Shown piece after piece: positions 25,601-37,751 of a stretch of DNA of 64,000 nucleotides; position 1 is the stretch's first letter; each line of letters opens with the position of its first letter. The position numbers and the translations under genes were made by a program. This stretch comes from Yuukianura sp. NJ FZ-2021 (taxonomy: Eukaryota): positions 3,968,001 to 4,032,000 of the forward strand of contig CM102290.1 in the NCBI GenBank assembly GCA_046563655.1. Direction: 5' to 3'. The notes beneath the pieces were generated by a model. It saw only the letters and a program-made list of their open reading frames with translations. It did not search any database and was not told where the DNA came from.

Positions 25601-28600
25601 AAACTCCCGCTGCCACACTTTTTTGAAAAAAGCCATAGGATTGAAAAGATGCTGGCTGTTCAGAACAGATTGAATCCCTGTTCAAAACAGACTGAATCCG
25701 TACTCACACCCACAGTAGTGTGTACATTTGGGGCAGGTGGTACAACAATTAAAAGAAAGCGGAAATTGAAAGATTTATTTTAGAAAATGAGCCACGACAG
25801 GAAGAGAACAAACTCACGAGGTCACTATTTTGTACTAAATCCAGAAAATCCGAACGTCGTGTATCCACATGTTGCTTCCGTCAATGCCCGCTGGAACGAC
25901 AGGTCAAAATGACACTTAAAGTCCCCCAGTCTTTTCCCAAAGTGTCAACCACTTCCGCAATTAAAGTGTCCAGTTCACCACAAAAGCGTCAAGTACACGT
26001 CAAAACCAAAAGCCACACTATTCATTCACTCTTGTTAGTTAGTCACCCGTCACTGTATTGCTTCAAGCTACAGGGGTCAAAGGTCACGGTTACTTTTGAG
26101 TCAGAAACCAAAAACCGTATAAACTTCAATTTCATAAGTGGCTGTCCAGTCACTTCAGAAAATACTTGACATCCAACGTGATAAAAAGTGACATGTAGGT
26201 CACTCCTATCTTAAGATTCACAGAGTTGACCATGAACGGCTTACTGGAGCGTATTTCAATTGAAAAATTTCAGACTTCGGAAAAGAGAAGATGTTCATGA
26301 CGCTGTTTGCTGTTGCTCTTGAAGTGAATGATGATTAGAGGCTGTTCATGTCATCTTCATTGACCCATCCAATGGAGAAGATGATGATGAAGTCTTTGTT
26401 TAACAGAAAAAACAATAAGTTTGTCCTTGCATCTTCCGAGAAAAAGCAGCTTTTTCAGCTGCATAGTATGATGGATTTTGGAGGTGCAGTGGTCGTATGT
26501 TTTTGTGAAGCTGGGTTTAAATCTGAGCTAACCCAGTCCATATGTTGTTGGTCGTAGACCAACTGTAGCTCCTTAGCTTAGTTTCAGGTTAGGTTTACTT
26601 TAGGTTAGACACCCAGCCCATTTCCATCTGTTCTTTCTATGGACATGACACGGACGACAGAGTGGTTGCATGCCCAAGGCAGTAGACCTCTGCCATTCAC
26701 GCCAAACACTCGTCGTCTCTCAATTTACTGCCTTTTAATCCAATGCTTTTTGCAATTTTTACTCTATTCGGTTAGAGTTTTAAACATTTTTTTCTTCCGT
26801 TTTTTAAAAATGTCAAATAAGGATTTTGATACGGAAACAGTTTTGGTGAATCCCAGTGACGTAAACAGTGACCTACTTTGAGGGTTTGAATTGTGTGAAA
26901 TTCACAGGAAAAGGTCAAGTGTACACTTCGAATTCTACAGGAAAGTGTGAACCTCAGTTTTTGAAAGGTCAAAGTTAGGTTTTGGCTGCATTACGCTTCT
27001 GCTTTACACCAAGGACGCTTCGTACCAGGGGTAACATCTTACGGGAACTGACAAAAGCTGGTTCCCTTCCAGGTTAGTTTTTGATTCGGCGGATGAGGAG
27101 CACTGGGATAGGTTCCGATCATATCAGACTTTTGTCCCGGAGAAAGTTAGGTTACGCTGGAAGTGAAAGTTTTTGCGCTTCCAGTCCCCTTGTGTGATCC
27201 CACATCATATCGACTCCCAATTGAATTCCGTCTCGTCCGCCTTGTCGGCCAAAGACACTTATGGAAATTACGTTGGAGAAAGTTTGGCTTGAGTTTTAGG
27301 CTAGACCTTTCCAAATGCATTGAGGCAAATAATTCCGAATTCCATTTTATTTGGAACCTAAAACCCATCTAACGGGAAAATGGAGGGCTTTCACTCGCAG
27401 TAACAGCCAAGATTAAATCCAAACTTTCCTGATTTCCTAATTTGTTGGGCGGAAGGAAACGGAGTAGTGTAGAACCACTTTGTGAGGAAGAATGAAGGCA
27501 GTGACCCATTTACAAATGATCGTAGGCTGAGGATGCCCGAGTTCAAACCAACGTCGGCTGAACTTCACTTGTTCTTCCAACCATGAAAACGGTGGGATAG
27601 ACTTCACATGGAAAGGTCTTCCGCTTACCAGTAGAATAGAATGAGGCTTCCAGCTCATTTGGCTTTTATGAGGTCAGAGGCAGATGATTAATTCACCTTC
27701 CAGTCTCATAAATTAATGTCAGGCTGAAGGAACCAAGGGAGCTCCAGCTTTCACCGCTTTCTCACACTTGTTTTCAGAATTCAATAAAATGGCTTCGACA
27801 CTTCCGAACGGCGTTCAGTGCACGCCGTACTCATTTCCAATTGACGCCTACTTTCACCCTCATCCACTTGACTCGAATTGTTTGGCTTAACCTATAGCTT
27901 CCTCCCCTGCGTTAGGCTATTCGTTGACGAAACATTGTGCTTCAGCATGGTAGAAAATATACGGAGAGAGCGGGTACACATTTCGCTGGGCTCCCTCAGC
28001 GGCTTAACTTCAAAATGAATGTGAAAACCCACTTGGAAATTTAGTACAGAGAAAGGCAGGAGGGAAGGAGGACGGAAAGAGCAGTAAGAACCAAAACAAT
28101 ACAAAAAAGTAGTGAGGCATAAGGTTCAATAGTCTAACAAAGTTCTTCTCCTCTGGTTTCTTCTTGTTGTTATCTCCAAACGATCAGAACTGTAAAAGAA
28201 AGTTTGTTCTCCGAAAGCTTTCTCTTGTTTTCTCTTATATTCGAAGTTATTCTAGAACCCGAAAAAGCTTGTGATTTTTATACCAAAAAACAACTGGTTT
28301 CTTTTTTAATTTCAAACAAAAAGGTATCCGCTTGAACAAGCACAACGACGGGGTTTCAAGAATTTCCTAAAAACACAAATTCAGGAAATTCCGCTGTAGC
28401 ATTTCCGAATATCTTGTGTCGCGTAAGGTAAACTTTAAATTTATTTAAAGCTTATATTCAAAATTTTTATTTTTTGAAACTCTAAATATAAATATGAACA
28501 TCTAAATATCTAAACAACTAGGATAAGAAAAAGAGTTGAAAAGAAATCTGTGGATGTACTTGTCATAGGCTATCTATTACAAACTATTTGTGGATCTCCG

Positions 28601-31272
28601 AAAGAAAGAGGGACATGGAAGAAAACTTGAAGGTTTTCGGCTATTTTCGGCACAACAATTCCCGGCTTTCCTTTTGGCCATATACTAGCACCCAAAAAAC
28701 CGGGCATTTTTTTTTAGTTTGAGCATTTTTGCATTTTCCCCCTTTCTCCTGCTGTATCTCTCCCTTTTCGGAGAAAACGCCAAAAGAAGACTCAGCAGCA
28801 ACCGCACGCACACACGCAAAGCCCAGAGACCCCTAAATCTCCTCTGGGAAGTAGAAAAGCCTTACGCAACTTTCTCCCCCTCAATGTACAGAGCAATTTT
28901 TAGAAAGTTCATTACCGAAAATATGAGTTACGGTAGGCCTTATTTGGCGGAAAGGCTTAGCATAACCTTTTCACTCTTATTTTTATAATTGCTATTTTAT
29001 AAACATCAGGCGACAGCTTGCTTTTGAATTTTAATCTAGAATTTTTCTTTTCTCTTTGACTTTTTCTTAGATTTTTTCCCCGACTCAGCAAATTCTGCAT
29101 GCTTTTTTTTACTCTTCCGTCGTATAACTTTTTGTATGATAGACTCTGTAGGTTGTTAGTAGAAGAAAGTCTATGGTTCTCATTTCCTTTCTGGAAGATC
29201 ACCTCACTTTATCCAAAAATATCTGCTGCCAGACTCCAAAACTCAGTCTCAAACTTCAGATTTTGATGATACCGAAGGTTTCTAAAGAAGAACTTTTAGA
29301 AAATGAGAAAAGGTTTAGTGGGATTCCGTGACAGTCTAATCCGATATTCCTGTAGGAGGGAATAAAAATCCATAAAGCGTAAATTCTCCAGATTTTCTTT
29401 CGCAATCATACTGCATGAAAGTCTTTTTCCTTTTAAGGAAAAGAGAAAAGGAGGCCTTAAGGATCTCCAATTGACAGGCTCTCTGTCATTGCTCAACTTG
29501 AGTCGACGTACAGAAGTACGAAACAATCGCCCGGCTCACTTTCTCTTTCTGGCAGCAAAGAAAAAACAAACGAAAGTGGCGTCAATCCGTGCCATTTTTC
29601 TTCCGGAAAGCAAATAAGACAGGATTGTCAAAATATTTACTCACAACGCGTACTTGAGTCACAGTCAAATGGTGTTACCTAACCCACCTTTGAACTAAAA
29701 ACGTATTTATCCAGAAAAAAAAGCGGACGAAGAAATTGAACACAGGTCTACTGCAGTTAATGAAAAAATAAGTCACCAATGCAACTTTATAGGTTGTGTT
29801 GATGTGTCTACTGTGGCAGTGGTTAGGGTAGGTGGTGGGCATGAGTCAGTGGAGCCATGGGGGTGGCGGACACTTTTGATGGAAGGGAAAGGAAGTGGCG
29901 GCGGTGGAACTGGAGCTGGTTGGTTGTTCTTACATAAGGAATGAAATCCTGCTTTTAAGACAGGCAGCCAACTCTCTCCGGTAGTGAAAGTAAAAAAAAG
30001 TACCTTATTCTTCTACGGCGCATCTAGTTACTTTGAACGACTCAGCCGGCACTAGGCAAGGACGTGGAAAGTCGACTCATCGTCAGTTGGACTCAGACCA
30101 CGATAGAGCTAGTGCAAACGGCTCCACTGTCTCCAGAGACATTTCATTTGGGAGAGTGACTGGGGCACGGTTTAGAGTAGGTGTTTGTGGTATCTCCGTT
30201 GGAAACGGACTTTGGTTACAACCAAAGTGGTTTCCACTGCGAAAAAATCTGCATGGCATCGTCCACTAGCTTACACTCTTGCTCACCGCGGCGGTGAAAG
30301 TACTCCACGGTCCACCACGAACATTCCTTTCAGAAGGCCTTTGCAAACGGTAGTGAAAAGAAGGTCTCCTCTGCCAGTAGCTAGTTTTCCTCTTTTTTTG
30401 CAAAGTTGCAAAAAGCATCACCGATTTCCAGTACTTTCGTGCTCCAGCTTAATTCAGGGAGAAAAGCTTTGGAATTTAACCAGCATCTCCTGGTAATACT
30501 TTCATTTTTCATCATTTTGTCAGCTTGTTCCAAAGAAAAATTCTGTTTACATTTTTTTTGAAAAATTTGAAAGCCGAAATGGAGATAGTTGACAAATTGA
30601 TTTGAACTGTTTCCGCTGTCACTATTTTTGGACCACAGGGTACAACTTGAGAAGGTGACGAGCATACCGGGTCCTTGGGGTGACAAAGAAGGGAGGTCGG
30701 ATAGTGTTAAAACCTCTTTGAAAACGTTCATTTCACTCAACTAAATTAGTCTTCAGTTTCCGCTTCACGCGAATCACTCCGGAGCATCTAGCTCGGCACC
30801 CTTGAAAATCTATTGACTCAACTTAAAATAAGTACTTGAGCAACTAGGTTCTAGACTGAAAACCTTCATATCCCTCAAGCATATTCTAGAATGGAGCCTA
30901 GGAGGCACTTCCACAACACTGGAAGAACTAACAGCGTCTGTTGATTTTGTTACAGCTTCTAAAGTTTATGCCATGAAGAGACGTCTGTTGTCTATCACAC
31001 TCCAACGGAAGTGAGGACTCGATGGATTTTTAACGCTTGAGCTTCTTCGTCAGACACAGCGGGTGTGACAACACCCTAAGTTTACATCAGTCCTCGAGGC
31101 CAAAAACCTCAAGTCCATCGATTGAAATTGGGTGAAAATGGATCTCAGAAGGCAGAAGATGGACTGGACATGACTTCCCGTGTCACCTTTTAATTGGAGT
31201 CAGTTTTAGTGGACAGAGTGACAGTGAGGACTCGTGACACTAAGTTTCTGGGTGGAGTCAATGTAAACCCTT

Positions 31273-34200
31273 ATGCAAAAAATGGAGACGCCGCTGATTT
31301 TTGTGACGACGCTTCTGTACGTCCTGGCCGAAGGTAAGTGAAAGTGTCTTATGACTCCTAATTGAGCTTTCTAAGATTTAGTGCATCGGAAACCAACTTG
31401 AGTCAAGTTTCTTCTAAAAGCTTTTCCTTTATTAGCAAAGTCCGCTTTAGTTTCAGAAAAGCATTAACAGAATTTTAGGTTTCCTGAGCTCCATAGGTTC
31501 CCATGAAGTTCATGCCAACAACACTTCCAAGTTTCTGTCAATTCGGCAACGCCCTTCCCATTCAATTAGGCTCTCATCAAATTCAATTTAGAAGACTAAA
31601 GGACCGGAGTGTATGCACAAGCACAGGCCCTTGTTCAAAACAAGGTTTTAGAAAGGGGGCCCTTAAGAACAAGTTTCAATTAGCTCCAGAAGGGAATTGT
31701 CGTAGCAGGCTGTCATCTGCAATTTGCTCCTTCCCTGAAAAGTTTTCTTGTAGACTTTAAAATGAATTTCGTAGCTTTGTCCACATTGCTTAACCTGCCG
31801 CTTTTGTCAACGACTGTTTCCAATTTCGAAATGAACTTTAATCAACACTTTTCATGTTTTCTTTTCAAAGAGTTCACAATGCAGCAGTTTCTGAAACTGA
31901 AAAAACCAATGATTCAGTTCGATGTTGAAAATTCTTTATGATATCTCACGGAATTGAAATATTTTTTGAAAATGAGCATAAGGTTTTAAATAAAGTTGTT
32001 ATAAATATTGCGCCACTGTGAACAAATTGTATGTTCTGCCACATTCCGCAAATTGCCACCCTTGAGTAAGTTATGTTTCCATTTGTTTTGTCTTGTGTAG
32101 TTAATTACCGGTTGGCTAAGCTTAGTCCAGGAAAGGACTAGAACAGCTTTCAAATTAATTGCAAACGGAATCCGTTATTGCGCTTTTACTTTTCCGTCGT
32201 AGCCTTTTCCATTTGTTTTCCAAAAAGTTTTGTCACCTTCTGAACAATGAACTTTTTGGAGTGTGACGCTTTCTCCAAACGCCGACAACCTCAACTGTTG
32301 TGTGTGGAAACTGTTTTTGAGCAGTAGTTCATTAATAATTTAAGGAGGCTTTGAGAACAGTATGAACATGGGTCTTAATAGGATCTACACCAAAACCTTA
32401 TGACAACATACAGGCAATTAACCACCGCTTTCCCCTGGTTCAATAGTTATTCTGTCACTCCCAACGTAGTACGCAGAAGTTAGTGCCCTAACCTCATCAG
32501 TTTCCATTTTAAGCCACACGCCAGAGTCAAATTGTACAGAGTGGTTCAAAATTTCTAAAACTTTTTTAAAAACGGTGAACCTCACTTAAATTCAGCAGGG
32601 CTCGAAGTTCATGGCATAAAAACTGTGAAGCGCGAGGGATAATTTCAAAGAAATGTTTTCTTCTCGGAATTTCGCATTTGAATGTTTACTCCGCCTCTTC
32701 TTACGTTTGTTTGAGAAAGTGGAAGGAAATGAGCTCTCGAGAATTCCTTTCCTTGTGAAAAGTAAGCCTTGTTTTTTGTTTACCCTGAGCGATTTTCCTA
32801 CTTTCTTAACCATAGGCTTTCTAATAGTACTAGTACTTTTCTAATAGTACCGAGTGAACCATAGCGTATATAACGATGTAATAACAGAGTGAAAGTAGAG
32901 GTAATCCAATACAATGCCAAAAGCTTTTCATCATTGAAGATTCCAAACACCGCGACAAAAGACTTTCCCTGTTCCTTTGTTAGTTAATTAAAGTCTTTGT
33001 GTCTTCATGGATTGAATTGGAAAGTCCTATGGACAGAGACACTTCCAGACTAAGCCTAACGCGAATAATTTGTTCCTTTATTGTTGCATAGGGAATATGA
33101 TGTTCGGAAAAAGAGACACTTTGTTTCTGGAAGACAGAAATGGTGGTCAGGAGGAGACTGTTGTCGCCGTCGTGGCCGACATTGGTACGAATCATTCCCT
33201 GCCTTGTGGCCGTGGAGCTACGAAGGACCGACCTGTCATGTGGGGACGACAGGTAAGGCTATGGTGGCTCATGTCTTGTTTTTACAATCTAGGATTGGAC
33301 AAGGACTGGACAGGTTGAAGGGAAACGACCAATTCCTAGGTTGAAGTACACCTCAAACTGTCCTTTCCAGATGTAACCTTCATGACATAAAAACTAACCT
33401 AACTGGACTTCCTTTGTTCTCTAGGGCTATGGATTTGCTCAAAACACAATTGTTCAACCGGATGGAAGTTTATTTTTTACAAATCTGCAACAGTCAAATG
33501 CTGGTCTCTACTCTTGTCAATTAGAATTCTTCCAAAATGATGTTCTGGACGGACCTTCTGCTGCGGATGGAAGTTTGCAACGAAATAAAAAAGGCCAAGG
33601 TCTTCAATATCCCGTCAAAACTTGGTTCCATCTCAAAGTCAGAAGTAAGTCAACTTTCTCTTTTTCCAAAACGAAAAGTTGAAAAAGCGTGTTCAAACAG
33701 CACAAAATTGAGTTGGAAACCATTTGTATTGGGAAATTGTAGCGCCGCCTCATGAACTGCGGAATGTCACGGTACTGGCTTCGACAATCCTGGCGTCAGT
33801 GATATGGGAAACTGGAAATGATGGTAAGTTTACTTTTGACTTTGTTCTCTTCAGTAAGAGAAAGTTCAAGTAAAAGTTGAGCAATTTGGTGCATACAGTT
33901 TTGTAGTTGATTGGTTTGAGAGAAAAATAAGCCTTGGTCTAAGCTGATACTGGTACTAGAGTCAGAAAGTAATTCATGAATGTTCAAACTTTTGTAATTT
34001 GGAGAATAGATGGGGAAAAAGTGTTGAGGCGGGAACATTTGAAATCCAGTTCCTGACATGTCCCCCAGACTTTCTCTTCTGGAATTCACCCCTTGGCTTT
34101 TTGACTTTGTGTTTTAACAGGAGGATATCCAATTTCCAGTTTCCATATTCGATATCGCCTCAAAAATGGAACTGAACAGGACTGGATCCATTGTCAACCG

Positions 34201-36322
34201 GATCTCATCAATCCAATGCAGGTGAAAACACATCTTCACTAACAATCTCTGATTCTATCAATAGATTTGCTTTTTATACGCAAATCCAGTGAAACTCAAC
34301 GTTCAAACGAGCACCGATTCTTGAATAAAAAATGAATAGCGCTTCTCCTGCTTCGCGAGAAAAAGAACCAGGAACTCTGTGAAATTTAAACATTTTACAA
34401 TTTCGTAAACAGATTTTGAAACTGCGAAATAGTAGATGCCAAAAGAGTTGTTTCCAAATTTAGACTCTGAGAAAATACTTGCAAACTTTCACTTCCTGTT
34501 TCTCATAAACTTTTTGAAGGAGGGCCACTTCTGAAACTTCTTTTGAAGTAACTAAACTGCTTATTTCTTTCGACACAGAAATGAAAGTATAAACTTGTCA
34601 CATTTTGTTGAATTTACTGACTTTTACAATGTTCAATTTAATAACTTAAAAGTTCAAAAACTTGGAAGAAGTGAAACAGACCGCTGGTGAAAGCTATCGT
34701 GTAGTCAATGCCAATTCAATCAACTTTTGTATTTTTTACAGAGGCACTGGGACGTCTTTCACCTCTGCCCGAAGTCAACCTACATTTTTGAAATTTGGGC
34801 AAACAATCAATTGGGCAAAGGAGTCAGCACCTACGTAGAAGCTGAGACACACAATGACCTGGAAGAAATCCGTAAGAAACTTTATTATTCAAACATGATA
34901 GAACACGTTTCAAAGAACGTCTCAGTTTCAGAATTTTAGAAAAAAAAAAGGCCGTTCACTTCAGAATCCTAAAAGAAAGTTTTAGACTTCTGAATTTTTT
35001 TGCAACTCTTGGGCTTGTTTTTCGTTTCTAACTCTCGTGAAATATGTAAATGATCAAAACCGTATCACAATTTTTGATTTTCTTCAAACTTTTTACTATT
35101 TTGGTCAAATATAATTAAAGGGACAGATTTTTTCCAAAATGGCCACTTTGACCTCTCTTCACTCTCAGAATGAAGTGAAGGGAAAAAAAATTTCCTATTC
35201 AATATTTCAATCTCACAGTTTGAAGAAAATCAAAAATCATGATGTTTGTCACTTTTCCAAAAATTCTTACTATCACGAAGTGTTTCACTCAATGCAGAAG
35301 CATTGCAACACCAGCGTTTTTAGGTTAGTGGAAAGAATGTAGGAATCAATCAAATCAATTCTTTCCAAAAACTGCGCTAGGCTTTTGGTCTTTAGCGTCT
35401 TGAATTTTTATAGGTTGCCATTTGACATGCAATGGGAATAGTGTAACCTCCCTTTAGGCCATTGGTGTAAGGACTATTAATAGTAGTCTAAAAGCTATAC
35501 ACTTCAGTGAAAGCTTGGAACAGAAAGGCTTTTCCAAAAGACATAAGAAATCGATTTGAGTCGAATTTGAACTCTGGACTTCTTGGATTTTTATTCAGAT
35601 GGAAAAAACAGAATTGGTTTAACGGAGTGTCTTGAAATAAATGGCGATTCTATTGGGTCCGTTTCCAATTTCTTTTGTTCTTTTCAAAACGAAAAATTTT
35701 CTGCGCTTTCGTGCAACGGTGTTTCCTCGGAAAAATTCCAATCTCTCCAGAGTAAAAAGTGAAGAGGTTGAGTGTTGAATAATGAATTGAATTTGGCCTA
35801 AAATAGGATCATATACGTTGGTTTCTGCCTGTTCCTAACCGTAACCTTTGAACTCTCTGCCGCAAAGTGCTCTTCTTCCTTCTAACATGTCTTCTCTGAT
35901 CTCATTCTACAGAAGTTGGAAAGTACTTGCTCGAAGGAGTTGATACGTTTGATACACGGATTTGGCTCGTGGCAGTTGGAGTCGTACTTGGAACACTAGT
36001 TCTGCTTGGAGTGGCGACATGCTGCCTCCTGTACAAAGAGTACTACTACTCTCCTGGCACCTTGTCCAGATCAATCGACCCCATCCGTCGACGTCCCACC
36101 CTCAGACTTCCCTCGGAGGGGGATGAGGAAATTGAACTCATCCCAAATATCATCTTTAATCCCATCTTTGACATGACAAGAAGTGGGCGGCCAGAGGATG
36201 GTCTCCAAGGACAACTCGATGACAATCCAGCACCACCAAGTACCAGCAGTAGTTCCAATTCCTTTGGTTCTACTTTGAGTCGTGGTGGTCAGTCCAGTCG
36301 TGTGGTCCCTACTAGAGTCTGA
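31273..36322 (+). CDS. Single-pass type I membrane protein with one Ig and one fibronectin type III domain (~384-387 aa)
   Basis: Exons: 31273/31282-31333 (signal peptide METPLIFVTTLLYVLAEG); 33092-33252 (HSLPC..VMWG); 33425-33644 (DGSLFFTNLQQSNAGLYSC, Ig); 33743-33823, 34121-34221 and 34742-34871 (FN3: VIWETGNDGGYPISSFHIRY..LCPKSTYIFEIWANNQLGKG); 35913-36322 (TM IWLVAVGVVLGTLVLLGVATCCLLY, tail ending PTRV). All introns are GT-AG and the frame closes. Confidence 0.9.
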
Positions 36323-37331
36323 CAGTTAGCACCGACTGCTACGGACGAAGTAGACGCCTCAGTCATTACGAAAGTTTCCATCGCTGGATTCTTGCATCAG
36401 AACCAAGAAGCTCCAGCCACGACGACGTTCCACACCCAACTCACGTCCTACTTTTGACGGACTTTCTTCAGCCGCTTCCCGCTGCTTTCCCAGAAGACTA
36501 GAAGACCCAGGACGCTGCTGGAGAAGAAAGTGAATGTTCCTTCTTAGCTATTTTCCCATCACTCACTTTCCCTTTACTAGAATCCCTGGATAGTACGTCA
36601 GTTTCCGCCACAGGAAATCAACATTTGTAAATTAAGTTGGCTTCCGACCCTATAAACTCCCTCGCTTCTGTAACATAGGCTCCCTCAGAGACTTCCTCAT
36701 TAGAATTAAAACGCTGTTCAAACATTAGATATCACCCAGCCACAAGCAAATACACAAAAGCCATCAGTAGTCCCAGTATAATTAAACCTTTCCAACAAAA
36801 ACTTTGAAAGTGAAAGTTTAGAAGGCCGACATTGGAGTGGGTTGGGCAGGATCAAGATTCATGGGAAATCTGCCTTATGTGGATAAAGAAAAAGTGAAAC
36901 TTTTGTTCAAAACTTAATTTAATAGTTAACTTTGGCAGAACAGGACGCTGGAAGTTCCAAGGCCCCACCTTAACTATGAAATGGAATTCTAAAACCTAAC
37001 TGTTGTTGTTACGCGTGACCCAGTTGAATGTAAAGACATGTTATTTATTGGGGTCAGGGGATAAATATTGCAATTTGTTTGAACAAAGGCTCTCAGCCTT
37101 CCTTGACATTTTTGTAAACTGAATAATAATCGTATTACTTTGTACTAATCAGAAATAAAGCATGATTTATCTAACTACATACCTTCGAACCTTAGTTTTT
37201 CAAAATGATTCGGTCCTTGCTTTCTCTTTGGAGAAAGTAAAATCCTTTTGTTCGTCTGATCTAACACTGACGCAAGCTAGAATGATGCAAAGGTTCGAAG
37301 TAATTGCGTTTTTGGATTTCAACAGAAATTG

Positions 37332-37358
37332 AATAAATTAAACTGCTAACATTTTATT
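37332..37358. terminator. Back-to-back candidate polyadenylation signals of the convergent Ig-FN3 (+) and TDRD12 (-) genes
   Basis: AATAAA on + at 37332-37337 and TTTATT (AATAAA on -) at 37353-37358. Motif evidence only. Confidence 0.4.
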
Positions 37359-37751
37359 CACGAATTTAAGGCAACATTGAAAAATCTTGTATTATGAAAC
37401 AGAATAGAGTAGGAGTTACTAAAAGTTACTAAAAAAAAGTTTTTAGTAAGTATAGGATTCACACAGCACAAAGCTTGAACCTTAGACAATCTTTTTGTAT
37501 AAATAGTAGGAACTATAATTCTTAACAACAAGTTAAGCTCAATGATAATTAGTAGTACTGTAATATGTATCTCAGTATCAAAATGTAAGAGGCAGATCTG
37601 AAAGTCAAAACAGTATACAAAAGTTATTGAAACACGCAAAACAAAAAGACACACCACACATTATACAAAGTGGAAAGAAAACGGAAGATTAATGAAAAAC
37701 TTGAGATTGTCATGTCTTGAGATGCTGCGTCTCGTGCCTTCTAGGAACATC

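Noticed and set aside
26572..26610. TTAG(G)-like repeats (CTTAGCTTAGTTTCAGGTTAGGTTTACTTTAGGTTAG)
   Set aside because: Too short and degenerate for an interstitial telomere, and no flanking TIR or TSD was found.
29296..29526. ORF containing LLQEYRIRL, resembling the rdgB N-terminus
   Set aside because: The similarity is only a few residues. The true first exon is at 22635-22558 with a full match and a proper donor.
30753..30786. TCAGTT initiator-like motif upstream of the Ig-FN3 gene
   Set aside because: A plausible TSS, but the hexamer is common and there is no correctly spaced DPE or TATA box.
34950..35300. Possible transposon relic in the last intron of the Ig-FN3 gene
   Set aside because: No definable TIRs, TSD or second copy in the window.
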